From Selenomonas ruminantium (GTDB taxonomy: Bacteria > Bacillota > Negativicutes > Selenomonadales > Selenomonadaceae), in assembly GCA_946541505.1 (NCBI GenBank), contig CAMNJO010000006.1:2423-66422 (forward strand): a stretch of DNA of 64,000 nucleotides, in the 5' to 3' direction. The stretch's first letter is position 1; every line of letters begins with the position of its first letter. Both the position numbers and the translations under genes were made by a program. The notes beneath the pieces are model-generated. The model did not search any database and had not been told where the DNA came from. It worked only from the letters and a program-made list of their open reading frames with translations. Below, piece after piece: positions 10,374-20,745 of the stretch.

Positions 10374-11732
10374 TCAAGCCCTCTTTTTTAATATAAAAGG
10401 TAAACAGATTAACACCCATAACGATAAGTTATACACACTATCACCTTTAAATTCCATAACAAAACACCCTATAAAACTTATAATTCCAGTAAAAATATAC
10501 CTCTTATCGCTTTCATCACGACTACTCTTTTGTAATTTATACATATAATTAAGAACAGATAAGCACATTAAAATCCACGTACTTAATCCCAACAAACCTG
10601 TTTCTCCTAATATTCGCATAATCCAACTATGTACTGGTGGCCAATTTTCACTTGTTTTATAATTAATGGAACGTCTTACTATCTCAGAGCTTTCCCAAGC
10701 GTACTGCGGATAATAATCCTGTGCCAAAAATCCATACATTCCATATCCTACTCCATATAAAGGACTATCTTCAAACATTCGAACAGCTGCTTCTTGAGAA
10801 CCATATCTTGCTATATTAGATTTATCAAATGAGGTCCCATCAGATTCAATAACCGATGTTAGCATGACATCAAAACTTTTTTCTCCAAAGTAATCACTTG
10901 CTTGTGAGTAAAGCAATACACCAAATAATAAAATAACAGAAGATATCTTAACAATAAATTTTCTATACTCTACATTATAAAAAATAAAACATAGCATAAA
11001 TTGTAACAATAATACGATATATGCAGTTCTTGATAACGAAAGCAAACATAGCAATACTAAGTATAACAGCAAAAATATATAAACTTTACTCTTTTCTGCT
11101 TTGTATATCATCCATGGTATTACAGCAGATAAATATGCGCCAAAAGTAGAAGCCTCTGATGAAACAGACCTTAGACGCATACCATAATCCCCCGTACCAT
11201 CCGCTCTAATAAAATTATCTATTATTGATTTATATTCCATAGCAGATCCAATATTTAAAAAGGCTAAAATCTCAAAAGCAGAATACACTCCCGCCAACAA
11301 GAAAGAATATGTCAAATACTTATAAAAAAAACTATAGATATTATTTTTATATTGATACAAAACATTGTATAGGTATAACGGGATAAGTAACGTCATACCT
11401 AAGGAACCAAGCTGAACAATTGCTCTTGTAAATCCATTTTGACCTTGAAAATTATATATTCTTATTTCATATAAATTAACAACAATTGATAAGATTGCAA
11501 AAAGATAAAATATCATCAATAACTTATAAGTAATAACATTAGGAATGATAACCTTCCCTTTGCATCCAGCCAGCCAAATTATCATTCCAATCATTATAGG
11601 ATACATAGAGGCTGTATGGCTAAGTCCGCCTAAAATAGGTATTCCTGCAATGCCAGTAAACGGTGTAAGAATAATTGCTAAAGCTATAAGGAAAACGTGG
11701 ATTTCTGTTTTACTAATCACCAATCTAATCAT
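10374..11732 (-). CDS. wzy: Wzy polysaccharide polymerase / O-antigen ligase family
   Basis: Polytopic membrane protein with SRTA, PLYGVGYG and HSWIMRILGETGLLG motifs. Confidence 0.75.
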   Translation of the reverse strand: MIRLVISKTEIHVFLIALAIILTPFTGIAGIPILGGLSHTASMYPIMIGMIIWLAGCKGKVIIPNVITYKLLMIFYLFAILSIVVNLYEIRIYNFQGQNGFTRAIVQLGSLGMTLLIPLYLYNVLYQYKNNIYSFFYKYLTYSFLLAGVYSAFEILAFLNIGSAMEYKSIIDNFIRADGTGDYGMRLRSVSSEASTFGAYLSAVIPWMIYKAEKSKVYIFLLLYLVLLCLLSLSRTAYIVLLLQFMLCFIFYNVEYRKFIVKISSVILLFGVLLYSQASDYFGEKSFDVMLTSVIESDGTSFDKSNIARYGSQEAAVRMFEDSPLYGVGYGMYGFLAQDYYPQYAWESSEIVRRSINYKTSENWPPVHSWIMRILGETGLLGLSTWILMCLSVLNYMYKLQKSSRDESDKRYIFTGIISFIGCFVMEFKGDSVYNLSLWVLICLPFILKKRA

Positions 11733-11752
11733 GTCTATATTGTCTCCACATA

Positions 11753-12970
11753 CTAATCAACATTTAATAATTTAGTATAAATTTTTCTTAGTCTCTCTAT
11801 ATATTCATCATCACTTTTGTTATTTTTCCAGTACGCACTATACGCATTTTCGCTCATTTTTTTCAACTCATCATTGTCTTGAAGTTGTAAAATTTTATTT
11901 TTCAATGCTTCTAGGTCATCATTTTTAAACAACAGGCCCGTATAACCATCATCAATCATTTCTCTTGCTGCACACGTATTCGAAACAATAACAGGAATGC
12001 CATGGGCTAATGCCTCCATCACACTCAACCCCTGTGTTTCGTAACACTTAGAAGGAAAAACCATCAATCGTGCTTTTTCTAACAATTGATACACGTCCCC
12101 CTTTGTGAGCCATCCCGTTATCTCTGCCTTTGGATTTAGTTCTTTTATTTCTACATCGCAATCACCACTGCCTATAAATGCCACAGCTTTATTTAAATCC
12201 CTGGTCGCTTTTGCTAAAATATTTGGGTTTTTTTCCGGTGATAATCTACCAACATAAACAATCAAATTATTATGTTCTACCTTTACTCGTGGTTTCTTAG
12301 TTATATCCACAGTATTAGGCAGGTACTCTAACCTTGCATTAGGCTTTAGGTAAGGTTTCAATATACTAAGACTAAATTTCGAGATGTAAATGTAACAATC
12401 TACGTTCTTTAACCCTCCAATACCATTCTGCATATATTGTCTAACAATACGCCAACATTTATGTGAAAATTTACGGACATCGCAATTTGAAAGCAAACAA
12501 TCCAAACTCATAGCATTTTTCTTACATATAGTATTAGACTTATAGTTATAAAATCCAAGATTTGGACAAGCAATCCCATAATCATGAATGTGATATATTA
12601 CCTTAAATTTTCTACGTTTGGCAACTGTAACAATACTTGTGGAAACTGCTTTTTGCAACGTATGAATATGTATTATTGTTTCCTTTGGCGACATTACCTC
12701 CAAGAGCTCAGCAAACTTTTTCCTTGCTTTGAAATTCCATACTCCTTGTATAGCTGCCCTTACTCTAGATGGATCGTGTAAAATATCATATTGATTCAAG
12801 CATATAATCTCTAAATTATTTATCTGTAGCAATTCATTTTCTATGGGACCTACTGCTGCAAAGAGAATAACCTTATCTCCAAACTTCGTTAATTTTCTTG
12901 CTAGATTAATCCCAATTTGTCCAGCGCCACCATTTACAAAAGCAAAATCATTTACTATGATTACATTCAA
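11753..12970 (-). CDS. Glycosyltransferase family 4
   Basis: GRLSPEKN, ETQGLSVMEALAHGIPVI GT-B signature. Confidence 0.9.
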   Translation of the reverse strand: MNVIIVNDFAFVNGGAGQIGINLARKLTKFGDKVILFAAVGPIENELLQINNLEIICLNQYDILHDPSRVRAAIQGVWNFKARKKFAELLEVMSPKETIIHIHTLQKAVSTSIVTVAKRRKFKVIYHIHDYGIACPNLGFYNYKSNTICKKNAMSLDCLLSNCDVRKFSHKCWRIVRQYMQNGIGGLKNVDCYIYISKFSLSILKPYLKPNARLEYLPNTVDITKKPRVKVEHNNLIVYVGRLSPEKNPNILAKATRDLNKAVAFIGSGDCDVEIKELNPKAEITGWLTKGDVYQLLEKARLMVFPSKCYETQGLSVMEALAHGIPVIVSNTCAAREMIDDGYTGLLFKNDDLEALKNKILQLQDNDELKKMSENAYSAYWKNNKSDDEYIERLRKIYTKLLNVD

Positions 12971-13105
12971 TATAGTCTCCTCTTTCTTTTTCCAATAACA
13001 CCAATCTTGCTTCGCAGTTATCCTGAATATTCTTAGCGCTATTGCTTTGCAATGCCCTCTTTCATCTCCATTATTCCACTTTACCTAACTCCAGGAAAAG
13101 AGAAT

Positions 13106-14530
13106 TTAATATGCTCCCTTACTGAACATTACAGCTTGTAATGTTTTTGCCAAATACATAATATCCAGCCACAGGGACCAATTTCTGATATACCATGTGT
13201 CCATCGCCACACGCTCTTTAAAGCTGACATCATTTCTACCGCTTACCTGCCAATAACCGGTGATACCAGGTAGTGTAAGCGTTATAACATCTACAGCCTT
13301 GCCTATATCTTTTTTTTCTCTAGGCAAGTATGGTCTTGGTCCCACAAGGCTCATATCCCCTTTGAGAACATTTATTATCTGTGGCAATTCGTCAAGACTA
13401 TATTTCCTAAGCCATGCCCCTGCTTTTGTAACCCTTGGATCGTAGCCGCGTAATTTGGCATATTTTTTCCATTCTTGAGCTGCAGCTTGATTTTCATTTA
13501 AATACTTTTGTAGAATTTCATCACTATTTACATACATAGAACGGAATTTATAACAGCGAAAGGTCTTACCATTTTTTCCTATGCGCTCTGCATTGTAAAA
13601 AACATTTCCTTCTGAGTCTATTTTTATATATAAGGCCAATACTAGCATTACAGGACTGATTATTATGCCCCCCACTATTGTGAGTATAAAATCAAATATC
13701 CGTTTATATATACGATTACGTTTGACAGCCAGATTATTTTTCATTTTCAGCATAAGAATTTCTTCACTAAAAAGTGACTGCGCTTCAATGCCGGGCATCG
13801 GCATACCGATTAAGTCTGGTACATAAGATAAATTCCTCACTAGAGGCTGAACAGTATTTATCAGCTGTTGAAGTTTACTTATCTCCATTCCCGGTGCGGT
13901 AATGATGACTGTTTGACAGCTATGTTCTCGGACTATCTGTTCAGTTTTTTCCACTTTGCCAAAAATTATGTACTTATTTGCAAGCTTGGCAGAGAGAGGA
14001 TTATCATCAATCAGACCAATTATCTGATAGCGATAACCCAAATCATTTTTAAAAAAATGTAATGTTCGTTCAGCAGTACGACCAGCACCAATCAATATTA
14101 TTTTCTCATATAAGTGGTGCCCTTTTTTCAGCCACAAGCTGATGGAAGTACGCTCCAAACATAGCAATACCATCGCTAACAACCAAAATACTGCAAAAAA
14201 CGACCGTGGAGCCTGCCAATGTGTAAAGAAAAAAATAGCTACTAAACAGGCAAAAAGACCATAGCTTATAGCATAAAAAATACTGCGAATGATGTAGATA
14301 AATGGATACATGGCTGTATAGGCTTTATTCTGCGCCAAAAAAATAATAAAGGTAATTGGTAGCCAAAGGTAAATATATGTCTTAGCAATTGACAAGTCAT
14401 ATAAACAAATGGATAGTTGACCTGCCAACATAAGCATTACATAGTCCCCTGTCATGAATAACAATGGCGCAACGTAATACCTCACCTTTCGCCCTATGGA
14501 ATTATTCTCTGATTCTTCTATCAATGTCAC
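13106..14530 (-). CDS. wbaP: Undecaprenyl-phosphate hexose phosphotransferase (WbaP-like priming glycosyltransferase)
   Basis: [37 protein letters not shown]. Confidence 0.92.
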   Translation of the reverse strand: MTLIEESENNSIGRKVRYYVAPLLFMTGDYVMLMLAGQLSICLYDLSIAKTYIYLWLPITFIIFLAQNKAYTAMYPFIYIIRSIFYAISYGLFACLVAIFFFTHWQAPRSFFAVFWLLAMVLLCLERTSISLWLKKGHHLYEKIILIGAGRTAERTLHFFKNDLGYRYQIIGLIDDNPLSAKLANKYIIFGKVEKTEQIVREHSCQTVIITAPGMEISKLQQLINTVQPLVRNLSYVPDLIGMPMPGIEAQSLFSEEILMLKMKNNLAVKRNRIYKRIFDFILTIVGGIIISPVMLVLALYIKIDSEGNVFYNAERIGKNGKTFRCYKFRSMYVNSDEILQKYLNENQAAAQEWKKYAKLRGYDPRVTKAGAWLRKYSLDELPQIINVLKGDMSLVGPRPYLPREKKDIGKAVDVITLTLPGITGYWQVSGRNDVSFKERVAMDTWYIRNWSLWLDIMYLAKTLQAVMFSKGAY

Positions 14531-14625
14531 GCAATCCCTTTCTCTTACCTGCTAAACTTTTTTCATATTCCTCAAAATACTTCTTTCAAAGCTGTTACTA
14601 CATTTTTGCACCTAATGATTTTTTA

Positions 14626-16194
14626 CTTAAACTTCCCACACCCATAACAGGTGAAGTTCCTTGAAAACTGTATATCTCAGAAGATAAAAAAGGCGCAAAG
14701 CCTCAAAACTTGGTACAATAGAAGTGCTAACAAACCATTTTCCAAGGAGGTTTTACGCCATGTCTATTGTATCATTTGAATCCAACATTTCCAATGCTAT
14801 CGTCAATTTTCTTACGGCTTACGGAATCCTGAGCCTTTTAAGCCAATGTGACGGCTCGAAGCTTAAAGGTGTTCCCGTCAAAGATTTGTTCACTTACACG
14901 CTGACGAATGCTTTCCGCATGGGCAGCTTCTATATGCAGAATAAGTTGGGTCAGGCTCGTGAGAGTTTTTCCAAGAATACTTACTATCGCTTTTTCATGA
15001 ACCCGCGCACCAACTGGCTCCGTTTCACCACACTGCTGTCCGCACGGATCATCAACGGGCATATTCGTCCGCTTACTTCCGAGAATCGCGATGACTGCTT
15101 TGTCATCGATGATTCGCTGTATGAGCGTGTCGGCTTTAAGCATACAGAACTTGCTTCCTGCGTATTCGACCATGTTTCTATGTGTCTCAAAAAAGGATTT
15201 CGCCTGTTGACTCTTGGATAGACGGATGGCTGCACTTTTTTGCCTATCAACTATTCCCTGCTGGCATCCAACGATGCAAAAAAAGTTCTTGATCCATGCA
15301 ATAAGATAGACAGACGGACTATCGCAGGCAAACGCAGATTTATGGCTCGTCAAAAGGCAACCACAGTTATGGTAGAGCTTTTGAAAACCGCGTTGGCGGC
15401 TGGCCATAAGGCGAAGTATGTCCTTTTTGACAGCTAGTTCTCCAATCCTCAGCAGATTCTGGATATCAAGGCTCTAGTGCTGGATACCATCGCTATGGTA
15501 AAACGCAGCAGCAAGAGGCGCTATTTCTACAATGGCGAATATATGGACATCAAGAAGATTTTTGCCTCCTGCAAGAAACACCGCGGCCGTTCCCGTTATC
15601 TCCTATCCGTAAACGTAAAGGTAGGACAGGACAAAAATGGTGAAAATGGTCTGGATGCCAAAATTGCCTGTGTCCGCAACCGGAACAACCGCAAGGATTG
15701 GATTGCCATAATCTGTACGAATATGAACCAGAGCGAGAATGACATTATCCGCATCTATGGCCACCGCTGAGATATTGAGGTATTTTTCAAGACCTGTAAG
15801 AGCAGTCTGCTGCTCCGCAAGGAATACCACGGGCTTTCCTATGATGGACTGATTGCGCATGTTGCAATGGTATTCACCCGCTATATGCTGCTGGCGGTGT
15901 CCAAACGGGACAATGAAGATAATCGGACACTGGGCGAGCTGTTCTACCTCATGATAGCGGAGGTAGCGGATATTACCTATCATGAATTCATGCAGATTAT
16001 AGTGGAAGCAATGCTGGCAACGATTCAGGAAGAGTTTCACATCACCGACGAACAGGTAAAAACCTTCTATGAAAAGTTCATGGCTAAGCTGCCGGAGTCA
16101 ATGCAGCACCTATTGCAGGCTGCGTGATAATTTTGTCTCTTGAGATATACAGTTTTCAAGGAGCTGTTAGGATTTTGCATGTGGGAAGTTTAAG
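14626..16194 (+). mobile_element. Insertion sequence (IS4/IS701-like DDE), 1569 bp
   Basis: 15-bp perfect terminal IR CTTAAACTTCCCACA (14626-14640 / 16180-16194), 21-bp inner IR (14659-14679 / 16141-16161), and flanking 4-bp duplication TTTA (14622-14625 / 16195-16198). Confidence 0.9.
14760..16127 (+). pseudogene. DDE transposase with three in-frame nonsense codons
   Basis: Four ORF-track fragments share one frame. Motifs IDDSLYER, LFDS*F, YGHR*DIEVFFK. RBS AAGGAGG precedes ATG 14760. Confidence 0.9.
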
Positions 16195-16359
16195 TTTAAT
16201 ATTTATTTAAGGCATTTACCTTTGTTGTTATAGGCCATATCCACTTAAGTAGTAATTTCACTAAGTAATTGCAACACAATAACTTAACAAATCATCTCGT
16301 AGTGCTACCTGAATGGAAATATATATACTACAGACACCATGTACAGCATATCGTATTCT

Positions 16360-17712
16360 TTAAACTTCTTGACGCTTATAACAGATAAGACCATAAATCA
16401 AGCTAATAAGAAAACCAATTACAAAACCAATAGCTGTAATAACCTTTTTCCTAGGTCCTGCCGGCTTGTCTTCATCCGGCAGGTCGGCCGGATCGATGAT
16501 TTGGATATCCATGCTTTCCATGGCTTCCTTAATTTTGCTGTTTTCACACTGCTTTACCAGACTGGTATAGATTTCTTCCTTAATTGCGGTATCACGTTGT
16601 AGATTCAGGTATTCCAAAACTTCCTGTGGAAATTGTTCCAGTTCTTTTTCCTTTTCTTCCTTCCTGGCCCGGATAGCGGCTTCGCTGGCTTCAGACACGG
16701 CCATGCTGACCTGTGCGTTGGCCTGTTCACCGATAAGCGCCGCCTGCGTGGGGTTCATGGTGGTGTATTCCGAAGCCACTATAGTATTGACTTCTTCGGT
16801 GAGCTTATTCTGCAAGGCTGCAATTTTTTCTTTGGCGGAAATCACAGTTGGATTTTCTTCCGTATAGCGTTCCTGCAAACCGACCAGCCCGACCTGAGCA
16901 TCGACAATTTGCTTACGCAAGGAAATTACGGTTTCGTTGTCATTGATATTGAAATTCCGACTGCTGGAACGTATATCACCTAGTTTTGCCGACACAGCAT
17001 CCAGTTTTGCCTGACTTGCTTTTTGTTGAACTGCCATATTGCTTATGGCCTCGTCAAAGGCGTTCATCTTTGCCACGGCAGCTTTAGCCTGTTCGTCCGG
17101 GCTGTAGACCTTGTGTGCCTGCTGGTATTCAGCGAACTTTGTTCTAGCATCTTCGGCATCTTTCTTGGCTTCGGTTATCCGTTCGTTAAGGAACTGTATC
17201 AAGGTACTCTGCGTCTGCTGGCCCTTGTCCGTCTGCATAGCAAGGAAGTTATCCACAACGCCCTGACTAATCATCTGGGCCTCTTCCGGGGTTTTGCCTG
17301 TAGCCGTTACGGTGATGAGGTTGGTCTGTTTGGTGTTTTCGATTTTGAGATTAGACTTGGCAAAGCTTTTCGCATTCGGCTTATGCTTTTCATCCGGCCA
17401 TTCTAATTGGTTAATAATCGGTTCAAGGACAGTGCGGGATTTCATAAGCTCGATATAGTTAAGTGTAGACGAAGCTGTGCCGCCGCCAATTCCCATAGCC
17501 GCAGCCATCGCGGCAGCACCACCCATGTCCTTTCCTGCGCTGCGTGTCTGCACGAGTGTAGTAGATTCGTAGGTTTTAGGCAGTGCAAATGACACGATAA
17601 GTGCCAATGCTGTACAGCCGCCAACGATGGTGCCTACTGTCTTGCGGCGGTCATACATAATTTGCATTAATTTTCCTAAGTCAATTGATTCTTCTGTTTG
17701 CATATTATCCAT
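16360..17712 (-). CDS. Polysaccharide chain-length determinant (Wzz/GumC family)
   Basis: EESIDL N-terminus, PKTYESTT, long coiled coil, IIDPA..P..P..P, two TM segments. Confidence 0.85.
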   Translation of the reverse strand: MDNMQTEESIDLGKLMQIMYDRRKTVGTIVGGCTALALIVSFALPKTYESTTLVQTRSAGKDMGGAAAMAAAMGIGGGTASSTLNYIELMKSRTVLEPIINQLEWPDEKHKPNAKSFAKSNLKIENTKQTNLITVTATGKTPEEAQMISQGVVDNFLAMQTDKGQQTQSTLIQFLNERITEAKKDAEDARTKFAEYQQAHKVYSPDEQAKAAVAKMNAFDEAISNMAVQQKASQAKLDAVSAKLGDIRSSSRNFNINDNETVISLRKQIVDAQVGLVGLQERYTEENPTVISAKEKIAALQNKLTEEVNTIVASEYTTMNPTQAALIGEQANAQVSMAVSEASEAAIRARKEEKEKELEQFPQEVLEYLNLQRDTAIKEEIYTSLVKQCENSKIKEAMESMDIQIIDPADLPDEDKPAGPRKKVITAIGFVIGFLISLIYGLICYKRQEV

Positions 17713-17726
17713 CTAGAGTGTTCTCC

Positions 17727-17900
17727 TTAGCTGTTTTTATCCGGATTCATATTTGCTAATGCATATTCGCAGCATTGCCGCACCAAATTATTCACGGACA
17801 CTTTCTTATGCTCCGCTACTTTGGCTAGTTCTTCTAACAGCGGCACGGGGAGCCGAAATGTCTTATTAGCCATTTCATCTGTTTGTTTTACTTCAAACAC
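17727..17900 (-). CDS. Small ribbon-helix-helix DNA-binding protein (57 aa)
   Basis: GGAGG RBS and GTG start; MFEVKQTDEMANKTFRLPVPLLEELAKVAEHKKVSVNNLVRQCCEYALANMNPDKNS. Below the ORF-track cutoff. Confidence 0.75.
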   Translation of the reverse strand: MFEVKQTDEMANKTFRLPVPLLEELAKVAEHKKVSVNNLVRQCCEYALANMNPDKNS

Positions 17901-18018
17901 ATTATCCCTACCTCCATAAGTTTTTCATACTCCCAATGATACCACATTGAATTATATTTTTGCAATATATTTTGCACTTAATTTTTATATTTATTCCGTT
18001 CTTTTATGCAATAAAATA

Positions 18019-18062
18019 AGCGCAAGATGTATTGCTGTAATAGCAACAATACATCTTGCGCT
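18019..18062 (-). terminator. Intrinsic terminator after sdaAA
   Basis: 16-bp perfect stem AGCGCAAGATGTATTG/CAATACATCTTGCGCT followed by a T-rich tail on the minus strand. Confidence 0.7.
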
Positions 18063-18101
18063 CAAAACAAAGTGTGGCATATAGCCACGTATCTTCAGTT
18101 T

Positions 18102-18971
18102 TTATTTGTAAATGCGTTTTTCAATTTCTCTGGCTGTGGCCGTGGTGGCCAGTCCGCCCTCGCTGGTTTCCCGCAGGCTTTTGGGCAGGGCCTTGCCGAT
18201 GCGGTTCATGGCGTCAATAACCTCATCTACGGGGATAACCGAATCAATTCCCGCCATGCTCATATCTGCCGCCAGCATGGCTTCGATTACGGCAAAGCCG
18301 TTGCGCTTGACACAGGGAACTTCCACCAGACCGGCTACGGGGTCGCAGACCAGTCCCAAAAGATTCTTGATGGATAAGGCCACCGCATTGCCGATTTGCT
18401 TGGGGCTTCCCCCCGCAAGTTCGACCAGAGCCGCAGCCGCCATACCTGCTGCTGTGCCACATTCGGCCTGACAGCCGCCCGCAGCTCCGGCAATGGAGGC
18501 ATTCTGGTCAATGACCATGCCAATTCCGGCAGCGGTAAAGAGGGCGTTTACAATCGCTTCATCGCTTGCATTGCGTTCCATCTTTGCCGCATAGAGTGCC
18601 GCCGGTACAATGCCGCAGGAACCGGCTGTCGGACAGGCCACGATACGCCCCATGACCGCATTGACTTCGCTGATGCCCACTGCATAGGCGGCGGCGCTTA
18701 GCACTTCCTGCCCCATGTATCCCTGCCGCCGGTAGGCATAGAGTTTTTTGGCATCACCACCGGTAAGGCCGCTCAGGGATTTTTCCGTATTCTTTATCCC
18801 CCGCTCAATGGAGGCCTGCATAACCTGCCAGTTCTTCTGCATGGAAAGAAGCACTTCTTCCCGCTTTTTTTGGCTGTCCTGCATTTCCCGCCTGATGACG
18901 ATTTCATGCAGGGATGTGCCCGCTTCCTCGGCCAGAACGATTAATTCTTCGATATTATTAAAGTTAATCAT
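18102..18971 (-). CDS. sdaAA: L-serine dehydratase, Fe-S dependent, alpha subunit
   Basis: IVACPTAGSCG, GGCQAECG, GLVCDPVAGLVEVPCVKRN. Confidence 0.95.
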   Translation of the reverse strand: MINFNNIEELIVLAEEAGTSLHEIVIRREMQDSQKKREEVLLSMQKNWQVMQASIERGIKNTEKSLSGLTGGDAKKLYAYRRQGYMGQEVLSAAAYAVGISEVNAVMGRIVACPTAGSCGIVPAALYAAKMERNASDEAIVNALFTAAGIGMVIDQNASIAGAAGGCQAECGTAAGMAAAALVELAGGSPKQIGNAVALSIKNLLGLVCDPVAGLVEVPCVKRNGFAVIEAMLAADMSMAGIDSVIPVDEVIDAMNRIGKALPKSLRETSEGGLATTATAREIEKRIYK

Positions 18972-18991
18972 AAACCTATGCTCCTCAAATC

Positions 18992-19654
18992 TCAAATGGC
19001 CGGAATAGCAAAGGCATATTCCACGCTTTCAGCCTGCCGGCATTCCTCAATAACTTCTGCCGCAGGCTCCTCGTCCAGTTCCATAATCATCATGGCTGTT
19101 TCGCCACGGTTCTGACGGGATACCCGCATAAAGGCGATATTCACCGCCGCATGCGCCAGTATCTGCGTAACTCGCGTGATGACGCCGGGGCAGTCATGGT
19201 GAATGGTAATGAGGGCAGGATATCCTCCGGTCAGTTCCACCTGATAGCCGTCGATATTGGAAATCATGATATTGCCGCCGCCGACAGATGCGCCCCGGAT
19301 TCTTGCCGTACGTCCGGACTGCCCCACCAGATAGATAACCGCCGTATTAGGGTGGGCCTCTTCCAGATTCACCGTTTGAAAACTGAAATCCAAGCCCTTG
19401 CCGGCAGCAATCTGCAAAGCGCTGCGAATGCGTTCATCCTCCGGAGCAAATCCCAAAATCCCCGCAATCAGGGCCTTATCCGTGCCATGCCCCCGATAGG
19501 TACGGGCAAAGGAACCGTGCAGGTTGATTTCCGCCCGCACCGCTTCTTCGCCTAAAATTTTCCGAGCCATCAGCCCCAGCCGTACCGCCCCTGCGGTATG
19601 GGAACTGGAGGGGCCAATCATCACCGGCCCGACAATATCAAAAACTCCGTGCAT
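18992..19654 (-). CDS. sdaAB: L-serine dehydratase beta subunit (ACT domain)
   Basis: GPVMIGPSSSHTAGA, GHGTDKA, SVGGG. Confidence 0.95.
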   Translation of the reverse strand: MHGVFDIVGPVMIGPSSSHTAGAVRLGLMARKILGEEAVRAEINLHGSFARTYRGHGTDKALIAGILGFAPEDERIRSALQIAAGKGLDFSFQTVNLEEAHPNTAVIYLVGQSGRTARIRGASVGGGNIMISNIDGYQVELTGGYPALITIHHDCPGVITRVTQILAHAAVNIAFMRVSRQNRGETAMMIMELDEEPAAEVIEECRQAESVEYAFAIPAI

Positions 19655-19672
19655 AATATCCCTTTCCTTCAT

Positions 19673-19702
19673 TAAAAAAGCCTTCCCCATAGGGGAAGGC
19701 TT
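19673..19702 (-). terminator. Intrinsic terminator after dapA
   Basis: AAGCCTTCCCC-AT-AGGGGAAGGCTT hairpin with U-tract on the minus strand. Confidence 0.65.
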
Positions 19703-19711
19703 AAAATCTTC

Positions 19712-20599
19712 TTACTTAATCAAGCCGTGGTTGCGCAGGGCATCTTCTAACTGTTTTTCGTGCTGTGGCTCCATCTCCGACAGAGGCATGCGCAGTGGGC
19801 CTGCGGCATAGCCAAGTTTGCGCATGGCAACCTTGACAGGAATCGGATTGACCTCGCAGAACAGGGCATCGATAAGGTCAGCATATTCCACCTGCATTTT
19901 TTCTGCTTTTTTCGTATCGCCGTCAAAGAATGCCTGACACATATCATGCGTCTGCTGAGGTGCCACGTTAGAAAGCACCGAGATTACACCTTGACCGCCC
20001 AGTGACAGAATCGGCACAATCTGGTCGTCATTGCCGGAATAGAGCACCAAATCATCGCCAACAGCCGCCCGCAGGCGCAGAATCTTGGACAGGTCGCCGT
20101 TGGCTTCTTTTACCGCCACAATATTGGGATGCTTGGAAAGTTCCACATAAGTGGAGGTCGCAATCGCCACCCCCGTGCGGGAAGGCACATCATAGAGGAT
20201 AATGGGGATATTTACCGCATCGGCAATCGCCGTGTAATGGGCAATAAGTCCCTTCTGTGTGCATTTATTGTAGTACGGCGTTACCACCAACAGGGCATCC
20301 GCGCCCACGCTTTCCGCATATTGGGAAAGCTCCACTGCATAGCTGGTTTCGTTCGAGCCGGTCCCCGCAATTACCGGCACGCGCCCCTTTACATGGTCTA
20401 CGGCAAACTTGATGGCGGCACGATGTTCTGCATCGCTCATCGTGGCAGACTCACCTGTAGTACCGGTGATGATGATGGCATCCGTATGATTCTTTATCTG
20501 GTCATCAATAATCCGTCCCAGCTCGTCAAAGTTAATGCCATCTTCCGTATACGGCGTAATGATGGCTACGCCTGCGCCACGAAAAATCGGTTTCTTCAT
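19712..20599 (-). CDS. dapA: 4-hydroxy-tetrahydrodipicolinate synthase
   Basis: GTTGES, PYYNK, YDVPSRTG, NPIPVK. Confidence 0.95.
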   Translation of the reverse strand: MKKPIFRGAGVAIITPYTEDGINFDELGRIIDDQIKNHTDAIIITGTTGESATMSDAEHRAAIKFAVDHVKGRVPVIAGTGSNETSYAVELSQYAESVGADALLVVTPYYNKCTQKGLIAHYTAIADAVNIPIILYDVPSRTGVAIATSTYVELSKHPNIVAVKEANGDLSKILRLRAAVGDDLVLYSGNDDQIVPILSLGGQGVISVLSNVAPQQTHDMCQAFFDGDTKKAEKMQVEYADLIDALFCEVNPIPVKVAMRKLGYAAGPLRMPLSEMEPQHEKQLEDALRNHGLIK

Positions 20600-20745
20600 G
20601 AAAAAGCCCTCCTGCAAGTAAAAAATGTTCACCATTCACATTCATTTCACTGTACCTAATTATCACATTAATCCTGATGAAAGTCAACGGCTATCAGCGC
20701 CCTTGGCAATGATTGCGCTATAAAGCACATTCCCTGCAATTTTTT

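Noticed and set aside
12970-13106. Possible small ORF between wbaP and GT4
   Set aside because: Only about 10 codons before a stop; no support
14724-16127. Stop-codon reassignment or programmed readthrough in the transposase
   Set aside because: TAG and TGA act as normal stops for many genes in the window; point mutation is simpler
16295-16320. CAGGTAGCAC on the minus strand, resembling an ops/JUMPstart element before wbaP
   Set aside because: Only a GGTAGC core matches; no full JUMPstart and no RfaH/NusG paralog in the window
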